Assembly: GCA_025201805.1 (NCBI GenBank)
Contig: MU619269.1
Span: forward strand, 64,633 to 128,632
DNA from: Parasitella parasitica NRRL 2501
Lineage: Eukaryota; Fungi; Mucoromycota
Direction of reading: 5' to 3'
Length of the DNA stretch: 64,000 nucleotides
Below the pieces are notes generated by a model, which searched no databases, was not told the DNA's origin, and saw nothing but the letters and a program-made list of their open reading frames with translations. The position numbers and the translations under genes are program-made. Of this stretch, positions 11,716-23,142 are shown piece after piece. The number at the start of each line of letters is the position of its first letter. Position 1 is the stretch's first letter.

Positions 11716-13119
11716 TCAGAGTAAGGATTCAGATTCTTCGCTGTTTGTTCTCGTCGCAAAGAATTGGATCAAAAGCTGCCAATAATACAGTATAAAAATA
11801 GCAAGACTCGTCCAAATAGTATTTAATGCTGTGCCACGTTCATTAGTAGGTCGAGTTCCCATCTCTTCATAAGAAAGCACATCGTGATCCTTTGCATTAT
11901 TATTGTTGTTTACAAAAGTATGAACTATTGAATTTAGGATGGAATTATTTGAGCTGGGTCCACTAATGCTGCGTGTGAGAGATTGACTAATAGAACCATA
12001 ACTAGGGGACGATGGTTGTTGTTGGTTCAAGAGATCAGCCAACGACTGATAAGATACAACAGACTCTATAGACGTCTGGCTTTTGAAAGAGGAGGATCTT
12101 GTCACGGGGCGATTCAGAGTAGGGATTTGTGCGATGTCCTGCTCTTCATGAGTGGGAGATATGGAATCATACAGGTTGGCTAGGTCGTATGAAGATATCT
12201 CTTGTTGCTGATGCTCGTTGGTACTAGAAGAGCCTTGATTCACACTAAATACTACATTCAACTTTTCGCTGGCGATGCTACTGCACTCACTGTCGGTTGG
12301 GCTGCAGCTCATTGATTGCTGCTCGTCAGATGAACTGAAAGATGAACTGGATTCTTCTTCAGAGGAGAATGGCAGATCCGCCGCAGTATCTTGAAATGGA
12401 ATTTGGATCGATAGTAGACTTAAATTTGAAAATGACTGAAATCCATTCAAGTTATGTGGCCCTCTTTCATCATTCTCAATCCAGGTATTTTCGCTTTGGC
12501 TATCTTGCTGATCGTAAAAATACTTTGTGGTTGCAATACTATGAGGAGAGAGAGGGGCTGTTTCAAAATATGAAAGGGGCGTTGTTGTAGCGGCAGACGA
12601 CGGGGGATATGATGAACGAGAAAATAGCTCGCCTGCTTGATTCGATTTTGGGCATGGGCTAAGGTTGTAGAACTCGTTTGCACTCCAAATGTAGTCCTCC
12701 TCTTCTTCATCGTCGCTGTATATCTCTTCTTCCTCTTCCTCTTGGATGAAAGGAGGCGTAAACATAAAGTCATCACCTGACAATAGTACCGAAGGTCTAA
12801 CAGGCGTAATACCCAGTAGTGTTTGTTGTGATTTGCTGTAAATACTATGTAAATGCCAGTTTTCTAAAAATGAGTAAGGAGGAGTTTTTCGTCTTGTTGA
12901 TGAACTATCAGGACAATTTTGTCTGGTGAATTTGTTTATTGTAGCATAGAATGCACGGTTTGCAATTTCAAAGTTTGAATTATACACTGTGTAGTCTTCT
13001 TGTTGTGGTAGCGTATTTGAATGTTGACCATCTCCATCGTTACGGAAATTTTTTTTTGCTTTTTCAGGCACCATATTTTGGATGTGATTTCTGCTATTTG
13101 ATTGGATGGAGGATAGCAT
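11716..13119 (-). CDS. Hypothetical Ser/acidic low-complexity protein with a C-terminal TM segment
   Basis: 467-aa uninterrupted ORF with hydrophobic IWTSLAIFILYYWQLLIQFFA close to the C-terminus. Confidence 0.65.
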   Translation of the reverse strand: MLSSIQSNSRNHIQNMVPEKAKKNFRNDGDGQHSNTLPQQEDYTVYNSNFEIANRAFYATINKFTRQNCPDSSSTRRKTPPYSFLENWHLHSIYSKSQQTLLGITPVRPSVLLSGDDFMFTPPFIQEEEEEEIYSDDEEEEDYIWSANEFYNLSPCPKSNQAGELFSRSSYPPSSAATTTPLSYFETAPLSPHSIATTKYFYDQQDSQSENTWIENDERGPHNLNGFQSFSNLSLLSIQIPFQDTAADLPFSSEEESSSSFSSSDEQQSMSCSPTDSECSSIASEKLNVVFSVNQGSSSTNEHQQQEISSYDLANLYDSISPTHEEQDIAQIPTLNRPVTRSSSFKSQTSIESVVSYQSLADLLNQQQPSSPSYGSISQSLTRSISGPSSNNSILNSIVHTFVNNNNNAKDHDVLSYEEMGTRPTNERGTALNTIWTSLAIFILYYWQLLIQFFATRTNSEESESLL

Positions 13120-13760
13120 TGAAAGCTAGAAGAGAAATGCAATGAAATAAATATTTGTTATGCAAAAAGCAGGTTTGCGAAGATTGCGAATCAAAATATA
13201 TGTGTTAAAAAGGAAAATAAATTTATCAAGGGGCAAGATAATTTAGAAGAGGTAATGAGAAAAGAGAGCAAAAAGACGAAAATAGGAAAAGAAATCATCA
13301 TTTAAATAGCAAAACAACAACAAATGACCTTATTTTTTTTTACTGTAAAAAAAAAAGGTAAAGTATGGGCGTGTAACAATCCTTGGTACGAAATTAAAAT
13401 TAAATCATGTTTCCATTCAGGACGAAAACAATGCACCTTTTTTGTTGAATGATGTCTAGTTTTTTGGATTTCCGAGTTTGATGAAGAAATAAATCATTTT
13501 GCCCAATAAATAATAAAAAGATGTAGATCATAACAATCTCTATCCTGTAATCTTGCATTTATTTTAAGCAAAAGTTATCGAGTATACAGTTGTAAACAAA
13601 CATAAAAATAATAATATATATTTAATTGTAATGCAATAGAATGTGTTACCACAAACCACTGCGGAGCCCCGCCAAAATGTCTCAAAATCTGCTTCTGTTT
13701 TATAATCTCTTTTAAGCATAAATAGATACGTATATACTATTTTTTTTTTTTTTTTTTTTT

Positions 13761-13795
13761 NNNNNNNNNNNNNNNNNNNNNNNNNNNNNNNNNNN
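13761..13795. other. Assembly gap (N run). Other gaps at 22635-22644, 37973-37982, 45168-45222 and 55842-55851
   Basis: Runs of n, mostly next to poly-A/T homopolymers. Confidence 0.99.
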
Positions 13796-13956
13796 GCAAT
13801 GTTTGACCAAGAGAGAGAAAAAAAAACAGTTGTGTAATGATCTAATGTGTAACAACCAAAAAAAGATGACATGACAACATAACATTCTCTCCATTGGAGT
13901 CACACACATAAACACCAACATTAAGCCCTTCGTTTTGTTTCTTTTTATTGCAAAAG

Positions 13957-14385
13957 ATGCCCAGAGCAGTGACAATATTGGCTGGTATCACTCTAGCAAC
14001 AGCCTTGACATATCAATCACGTATTAATCTTATCACAAACACTGCCCATGTACAGGCTCAAGTTGATAAAGCAAAAGAGAATGCGGATTTAATCACTCGC
14101 CAGCACAACCAGCCCCTAATCCGACTTTCGCTGCAGCGTCCAACTAGTTCCGTAGAACGATTCATGGATAATACTAAATTATATTATAAAGGCCGCCTTG
14201 TACCTTCAGGTATTATATAACATGAGTTTTTTTTTCAGTCTGTATGACAACTTAATCCATTACAATTAGTCAAAGAATCTTGGAATGCTCAAATTACATG
14301 TGTTACTTTGGCGATTATTCAATCCAATTTACCGGCTAAAGTCGGTCGATTTGTTGCAACAAATGTGTTTGGCTGTAAAAAATGA
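13957..14385 (+). CDS. MICOS subunit Mic12/Aim5-like small mitochondrial protein, 1 intron
   Basis: N-terminal hydrophobic segment ILAGITLATALTY. Intron 14210-14269 joins to VKESWNAQI, resembling the KxxWNxxV/I motif of Mic12/Aim5. TGA 14383-14385. Confidence 0.55.
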
Positions 14386-14571
14386 ACATGAATATTTGCT
14401 GCTGTGTAGATCGCTTGGCATGTAATAAAACTGTCAACATTTGAAATCATATCATTAGAAGCAAAAGCGAGAAAATTGATTGAAACAACGCATGTGCAGA
14501 AACAGGTTTCTCTTTTGAATGGGGGATTTTTTTTTATTTTTTTTTTACTTTTCCTACTTCCATAACACAGC

Positions 14572-15899
14572 ATGTTCTCTGCCATTTGTCTGTCAAACAA
14601 CCAGCCCTCCTCACCCGATTTTAAATTCGGCTTGGAGCTTAAGCAATTTCCTGAGGATAATCCAAAATTTAACGAGACAACTATCCGAGTACAAGCTGCT
14701 TCATTGAATCATCGGTAAAATACAAACGCTATTATCATATAGAAAAAACTCATATATTTATATATATAAGCGATGTATACATTATGAAGGATCAGTTTAT
14801 GGGTGTCACGACAGGAGGCATCATTTGGTCTGATGCAGTAGGCATAGTGACTCAATGTGGTGATAATAGTAGTTTTCAACCAGGTGATAGAGTTTTAATT
14901 AATCCCGGGCGAGGCTGGATAAATGATGCTGAAGGTCCTGAAAATCCGTTTTCCATGTTAGGATTAAACCCATGTACAGGTAAAAGTGACTAAAAGTCTA
15001 TAGAGCCGTCAGAGGTTAACGTCATTGAGTAAAGGTGTCGCTGCAGAGAGGGTTTTAGTGGAAACAGAAGAGATTTTTCGTTGTCCAGATCATTTATCAG
15101 ATCATGAAGCCGCAGCTTTACCTTTGGCAGGTCTGACAGCTTATCGGTAACTATGAATAAATGATGTGGGCATCCATGGAAATACTGACAACAAGGATGC
15201 AACAGTACTGTATTCTCCAAGTGTGGAGTTAAACGGGGTGACAATGTTTTAGTTACTGGAATTGGTGGTGGTGTTGCTCTTTTTGCATTACAGTTTGCTG
15301 TGGCACTCGGTGCTAATGTCTACGTAACATCTTCCAGCTATGAGAAGATAAATAAGGCAATTACAATGGGTGCTAAAGGAGGAGTTAACTACAAAGATGG
15401 TGAGTAGTGGTTTTGTGTTTACACCGTCATCATTTATCGAAAATTATTTTGTACATATTAGAGGGCTGTATGGAACAATTGAAGAAACTGCTAGATGGTG
15501 GTTTGATTCGTGCAGTAATTGACGGCGCCGGAGGTGCTTTATATGGTCAATATCCATCTGTTATGAAGCAAGGTGGCATAATTGCCAACTACGGCCAAAC
15601 ATCCAACGAACCAATCACCTTCTCCATGTATCAGGTTGCTCAAAACATTGAGCTGCGCGGCTCTACTATGGGCTCTCGTCGTGAGTTCAAAGATATGATT
15701 GAATTTGTGGATAAATATAAAATCAAGCCTGTTGTGTCCAAGGTTTTCAAGGGATTGTCTGTTGATTCGGCCCAAAAAGCGATTGATTTAATGGAGTAAG
15801 TTTATTTTACAATGCCTTTTTTGTTTGTTGTTGCCTAAATCAATTATATTCGCTAGATCGTCCTCTCAGTTTGGAAAGATTGTACTAACTATTGCCTGA
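14572..15899 (+). CDS. MDR superfamily NAD(P)-dependent oxidoreductase (zinc-type ADH/quinone reductase-like), multi-exon
   Basis: Motifs AASLNHRD, AAALPLAGLTAYR, VLVTGIGGGVA, IELRGSTMGSRREF and QFGKIVL. Confidence 0.88.
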
Positions 15900-16311
15900 T
15901 TGATCAGTTAGTATATTGATATTTGCATGTAAACCTGAATTGCCACCCTTACGATTGTTTGTTTGAGCTTATTATATGTATGATTTTAATTGACTAAATA
16001 ATTTGGTGTCAGAAAATAATTTGGTACACATCCGACACTTTTTACTTCCTTGAAATCCTCAGCAATAAAAGAAGATCAAATGTAAACGCTCCATAGGTTT
16101 GAATTCAGTATCATTACAGTCTCTATAACACATGCTTGAAAAGCATACACCTATCTTCGTTTTAGATGCAAGGCATGAGCATAATAAATAACTTGAATAT
16201 GTCTCAATATTCATTGACAGCTAAGATGTTGTAGAATATGACCTCAAAAGCTGTATGCCTGTAGTTTCATTATTGCTTAAAATAAATGCCACCTAACCAT
16301 AGCCATTCCCT

Positions 16312-18158
16312 TCTTCCCAGCTTAAAACCATAATCTACAATCTTTGATATCTTTGCAAATTACTAAGCGATGAAGATACAACCTTTAGCTAAAATCTTTT
16401 TGTTTTGCATCATTCTATAACATATCCGAGTTTCATCTATCTCTGGCCATTTTTCAGATTTTGCTATGTTTCGACCCCAAACCTCATATTCGATTTTTAG
16501 TTTTCGACTTAAGGTCAACCTTCAGGGTCATTTTTAGGTACGGATTTGAGGTCCAAACTAAGGATACAGACTAATACTAGTAGGATAACTGTACCTCACT
16601 ACAACTTCTGATTCTCGATATCTATCTTTGCTGTCGAGATATTGCCCAAACCAGATTTTGCAGATTTTGCAGATTTTACAGCACATGTTCCTATAACAAG
16701 TGCCACATTTTGCAACTAAACCAAGTTTAAGTTCCTAAGTAAAGTAATGAAGCACATTTTGGTACGCCTACTGGTATTAAGTATGTCTTAGTAAATCTTG
16801 AATTCGACAAGCTAGAGTCAATTTTGCCTTTTTACTTTAAATTTTGTCCGCCTATTTCTCAACAAACTACCAAGACACTTTGGTCTGAGCAATTACTAAA
16901 ATATGTTTGAAACTTGGTTTTCTACTAGTTGTATTAGTTTTAGATAGATATGTCGAAAAAAATATTTTTTCATATGTTTTTAGCAGAGGCTTCATTTATT
17001 TTCACAAATTTCAGAGCAATAAATAGTATTTAAAGATACATGATATACCAATACTAAAATAAAGCTACAAAATAGCTATGGAATGGTTTTTATTTGGTTA
17101 AAAAATGTCAATTTTCGAGCGAGATAATGACGAAAAACAGTATGGTTTTTTACCCTTTTGAATGGCTTCATTTTGGCCCTCTAAGTATAGGGCCCGAAAA
17201 TCGTAGATTCATTTTGGTCGAGACAAGATTTTGATTTTTGGCAGAAATAATAAAGCTACAGTTATAAATAAAATACTGACGTGTAGGTATTGACATGATG
17301 GTTTGTTTGATTAACTTTATAGAGCTGAATGTTCTCAAAATACGCTTCATTTTACTCAAAAAGTATCAAAAAAGACGTTTTTTGAATATTTGAAAATTGG
17401 TAATAATAAAAGATGCTTCTATAGACTTATAATCTATATGGTTAGATGTAAAATTTATTTTCTGTTATAAAACACTTAGTATGGGTATCCGATATACCTA
17501 TGAAATTCTTGAGATATCTAGCAATGAACTATGCAAAAAAAAACCTGAAAACGGGTTGGGGCAAAAGAAAAAAAAATGCTGAGATTCAATCTACAGCTTA
17601 TTTTTTCGCTGTAAATGAGGGCACCAACTATTTTCAATTGAAGAGCAAAGCATGATTCTACTAGGTAATTTGGGTATGTATTAACATGAGTTGATAGCTG
17701 AGATATTGTATAATACGGGCTCAAAAACCATTTTTGTATACCTTCAATTTTGGATGAAGTAATTACCCCCAAATCTGAAATATTACCTCTTTCCCCGCTT
17801 AAAGGCTTTGTTTGCAATCTCTAATAACTTTAGAAACTATTAAGCAATAGAGATATAACCTTTAGCAAAAATCTTTTTCTTTTATACTATTATACAACAC
17901 ATTTAAGTCTCATAAATCTCTGATCATTTTTCAAAATTTGCTATATTTGGACTCCAAACCTCAGATTGGATCAATCTTCGGGGTCATTCTTAGGTACGGA
18001 TTGTGGTCCAAACTAAGAATACAGGCTAATACTAGTATGATAACTCCACCTCACCACGCTTTACCAAATTCCAATATCTATCTCAGTTGTCGAGATACCG
18101 CCAAAACAAGAAGTGTCACTTGCATCCCAAACAAACTAAATTTGATTCAGGTAAATAC
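16312..18158. mobile_element. Non-coding element with diverged direct repeats (about 16312-16745 and 17789-18158), probably a non-autonomous transposon or tandem unit
   Basis: Collinear matches between the two copies: AACCTTTAGCwAAAATCTTTTT, CCAAACCTCA, GGGTCATTyTTAGGTACGGATT, GGTCCAAACTAAGrATACAGrCTAATACTAGTA, TGTCGAGATA. No convincing ORF between them. Confidence 0.7.
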
Positions 18159-20117
18159 TTTCCAAACTTTACAGATCTGTTCAAACAATAGCTTCTAGCC
18201 GCGTCAAGAAAATAAAAGTAGATATCCACATAAAGCTTATAATAGAATATCATCTGTCAAATAGAAAATGAAATAGAGCAGTTCTGTCATTATAAATGTG
18301 CTAGCATGTATAGCTTTTTATTGCTGCCGGCTTTAACATAATATAGTACTGTTCAATACTTTTAGAGTCTAGCAGTACCAATGGAAATTTAGAGCAAATC
18401 ATTGAACCTTGGTTACAAAATTTTGTTTTAACGTTGTTTTAACGTGTATATATTTATCACGAAAATTTATTCAAGTTTCAATGTTTCCTTTATTGGAGTT
18501 GATTGAAATGAGACACAAAATACTTTTTCTGCTGTAAGCTGTAAAAAAATAATAAACCTTATGCTTATCAAAACGCACAATATGGAACATCTGGAAGAAT
18601 TTATGCTTCATGTCATACATAACATTATCATTTTTCGGATTCTACTCATCAAAGGTTAAACGTTTTACGTATTTTTTTATTGCAGATCTTTCTAAAATGG
18701 TGTTATACGCAACAAGAGCCACCATGTAGATCGTTAAATAACTTAAGCATATATGCATGTGTGAGTTTTTATCACATTGCCTTATCAGCATGTATAATCA
18801 ACGACAACGTCTCATACGTATTATTCATCTAGTTAGCAGTAACTTGCTCTTAAAGTGAAACATAACGAAACATTGCAGCTTATGCGTCGGCATTGTTGCG
18901 ATGGCTCAATTGACGCCGGTTTTTTTTATTTTTTTTTTGTTCTATGCATGCAGCATTGTATCGATCAATAATCATCTATTATTGTTTACCTTCTATTTGA
19001 ATTCAACCAAAATAACACAGTAAATCAAGGCTAGTTTAACAACAAAAGAAATTTTTAATGCAGTGACAGTAGCTACCACGCATGTCAACGATTGTCTACA
19101 CCTGTGTGAATAAATTCGCATTACTTTCCATGGTGGATTGACATAAATAATTTCTAAAAAAAGCAATTGTTATCAATGCAACCTGCAACCTGCACCTACA
19201 CTGTGTACCTGAAAAAGAATTAACGTTTATCTGCACGTGTCGCATGTAAAAAATCGAGACTCGGAGGTCCTTAGCTCGCAATATATACTTCTAAAAAAGG
19301 AACAAGAGAGATAAGAGTGTTATCATCTTCATTCCGGAAAACATCGTATTTAAAGGAGTAAAATATACAGTCCAATACTAAAGCGATAGACATCTTTACG
19401 AACGGCGATAAATTGATATAAATGATTAAACATCATTATTCAGTTACACTTGGTCTATATAACCTTGTAAATGCCAGCAATCCTTATTTCGAGTTGTATT
19501 CAATTTCTAGCAGGACGTATAGGTGTTAAAAAACATCGGAAATGACCGGGTTACTCTTGATCATGCTAAAGCTTGGATATACAACAGCCATTTTGGAGGA
19601 TGTTGTAGAGAAAGGGGTTCAGATATCACGTTGTATATGATGATAGCATACCGTGAGTTTGACTATAATATATATATGTGTGTATGTGCTTAAACTACAA
19701 TATATTCTACGGTATAGCATTCCAGCACCACTCAATTCAGGCTCATTGAAATAGATAAGTAAAGATTGCCTTTCGGTCACATGCGATAGCTGGCATAACT
19801 GGATCTACAAAACAGGGAATTTGAGATTTGCCTTTTTATTTGGCCAACAATCTAGCTTCAGCCAATTTACTATTATAATAATAATAAAATGTACTATAGA
19901 AACTCTGTAGTACACATAAGAAAAATGATCGCGTTTAAAGCCATTAATTGTCTCTTTTCTTTTCTCTTTTCCATCTTTTTCTCTTACTATTTTTTGCGTG
20001 AATTGACAAGAAAAAGCAACCAACGTAAAAAGTCCATCATTTACATTCAATTGAAAGAAGCAAGCGGCCTATGGGCATTATTTCCTTTCGTATCTATAGC
20101 CATTTAATACCACCACC

Positions 20118-22444
20118 ATGTCGTTGATCAACAACAGCCAGATTAAAAACCCCACTATTATGGATCAGCTACTATCTGATTCTTTATTCCCTCCTACTCG
20201 TCCTCGTAAAAATAACGAGGATATTATAGCAACAGCAACAACAACAACAATGGTAACTGACCAACAGCAAAAAGTAGAAGATGAAACCAAAAAAGACCCA
20301 TTGGCAAGCAGAGTGTGGAGGATGTATACAAAAGCAAAAGACTCACTGCCAAATGGATCTCGAATGGAGAATCTCACTTGGAGGATGATGGCAATGACGC
20401 TAACAAAAAAGAAATTAGCTGAAAAAGAGGCAGCAGAAGCAGCCTCACACAAAAAAGAGCAAGATGATACCATGAACGTAAATCGTCAGGCCAACCCAGC
20501 AACACCTCATGTTGCTGACGGTACAACAGGTTTATCATCTTCGTCTGCCCCACCTTATACGATGGTTGACGTCTTTAGTAATCAACAGCAACACCCGCCT
20601 AGTAAAGATGATTATCGTTCCATGCATGGAAATAAAAACAACGTACTCATCTCTGGAAGAGCAGGAGCTATCACTGGTAATTACAATGTTCCCAGATTCA
20701 CTGTAAGTATAGATAAAATTTTTGAGAGATAGCATAAATACAAACATTTACGTATGTCAACCCACAGCCTATCAAAAGAAGAGTTAATTACGATCAAAGC
20801 AACAGCATTACAATACCTTCTTTAGATAACGAAATAGAAGCAGAGGATGACGAAAGCGGCACAAAAAAAGAGCAAGACATGGTAAATCCGTACTCATTAG
20901 ATGAAGAAGATCTATATGCCTTTGGCAGCAATAGTCAATCGCTGGCATCTATGCAAAATGAAGCAATTTACTCATTCAGTGACAACAACACGCCCTTACT
21001 ACTACAGCATCAGAACCAGCACTATCAACCTCCGTCGCCTCCAATTGCGTCTGGTTCGTTCTATTTTGATTCATACGCTCATAATGTATCTTCACCACCG
21101 CAACAACAGCAATTGAACACCAATGCTGGAAATTTAAGCTTTGAAGAGATTTTGAATATCTATTACAATCAGCCAAATGTGCAAACACCCGATGCATTTG
21201 ATACATCGCCTACTACTAGTATTATGCATTTGCAGTCAGTTCATCTATCCTCATCTACAGCAGGCGAGTCAACCTCTGCTTCCCCTCCGCCGTCTGTATC
21301 GTCGCTTCCTTCCGTATCCAGTTCCGATTATCACAGTTTTGATGATGAAGATTACACTGAAGATGAAAACAGAATCTTGATAGGGAAATACAAAAAGCCA
21401 AAGTCAATAAGCGGATCTCATCAGCAGCAGCAATCATCATCACCCAACAGTAAATCGAGTCATGTTGCAGTTAAAACGCAGTGTTCAAATTGCAAGACTA
21501 CAACAACGCCACTCTGGCGTCGCGATCCTGAAGGTCATCCACTTTGCAATGCATGCGGGTTATTTCTAAAATTGCACGGTGCAGTTAGACCCCTTAGTCT
21601 TAAAACCGATATCATTAAAAAGCGAAATAGGGGCAGCAGTACTAGCAATAGCAATGCTAATTCGCAGAGTAAATCAAACAGCAAACCAGTCAAGATGTAT
21701 ACTAAAAAGCAGCAACAGCAAGCTGACAGAAACCAGGAAAACAGCAGTGGCAGTAGACCTATGTTGGATCGAAGAAACACTGTGCACATTGCGCCTCATC
21801 TACCAAACACAAACAGTCGACCCATGATATCGGCAAGGCCACTCAGCTTAACAGCCAAGAGGCAGAGACGTACATCAGACATGCTACCTACAACCAACAG
21901 TCTTTCAACATCGTCGCCGCCTACGCCTGTTGCCAACAGCTTTCCCGTGCAACACCAACAGGTATCGCCTATTTCCACGCCCTTAACCTATACATCCTCT
22001 TCGCCATTTGCAGCACAATTGCCGGCAGCTACACCCTTTCCACAAACAGTAGGAACGACACCAACAACGGAATCGCCTACGAATCTGCCAGCAGCAGCAG
22101 CAGCCACGAATGCAGCTGTGTATGCGATATTGGAATCTATCGGCATACATTTGAATAACCTGCCAGTCGAACTGTTGCCATTAATTGCCTCCGCAGCCAA
22201 CTATCATGCGGCCAATAAACAGAGACAGCACGAAGAAGAACCTAAAGCAAATGTTACGTCTTTATTAAGCAATGTTTTGTGTCAGCAACAACAACAAGGT
22301 TCGTCATCGAACAACAATAAACAAGATCTAGCACAATACACACAGTTACAACCACTGCAACAACAACAACAACATCAGCAGCATCACCAACATCAACACA
22401 GGCCACGTGATTTCGATCCACTAAATCATCAACATTCGCCTTGA
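20118..22444 (+). CDS. areA: AreA/Nit2/Gat1-type GATA nitrogen regulatory transcription factor, intron 20703-20767
   Basis: N-terminal DUF1752-type motif [34 protein letters not shown] and GATA finger [50 protein letters not shown]. The splice keeps the frame. Confidence 0.9.
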
Positions 22445-22539
22445 TGATTTCTTCGAATTTTATTTTATGCTTTCACACATGTGTATGCCATCTTATTTCC
22501 CTTATTTTTTTATGTACATGTCTTGTCTTTATCGGTTAT

Positions 22540-22634
<95 letters not shown>

Positions 22635-22863
22635 NNNNNNNNNNTTTTTATATCTCTTATCTCTTATTTCTCTATTTTTAACTATGGTTTTTTATTTCTC
22701 TATGTTTAAAGCTTTATTGCATTATTATGTAATACAAATATTTTCATGACTCCTGTCTCGAGTTTCATTTTAATAATTGACAAAAAAAGGCAAAAAAATT
22801 CCTTTCAAAACAAGTGGTTCATCTCAGACATGAAAAAGGGGTTTGGTAAACAAGGGGATTTGA

Positions 22864-23088
22864 TTATCGTTTGAGAGATCGATAACAAATAAACAGCATG
22901 TTGATAATTACGCACTATTTGTGGCTACCAATGTCTGTGTTTTTGTACGCCTGAATATACCATAAGATTTGTTTCTCTTCATTGGAAAGTGACTCATGAC
23001 GTACAGGAACACGAATGAACCATTCAACGCTGGATCACGCAATTTGGGACTCCTCTTCCGAGTGGGATTTCTACTATATATATAAATA
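22864..23088 (+). promoter_or_regulatory. Putative promoter of the amino-acid transporter: three GATAA sites, a TGACTCA site and a TATA box
   Basis: TTATCG 22864, CGATAA 22880, TGATAA 22902, TGACTCA 22990-22996 and TATATATAAA near 23078. Confidence 0.5.
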
Positions 23089-23142
23089 TCGACCACATCT
23101 CTAATGTTTTATCTTTTTCTTCATTTATCAACTTCATCCAAA

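Noticed and set aside
22441-22749. Poly-Phe ORFs and the ~94-nt poly-T run
   Set aside because: The homopolymer abuts an N gap, so its length is unreliable and it is likely an assembly artefact.
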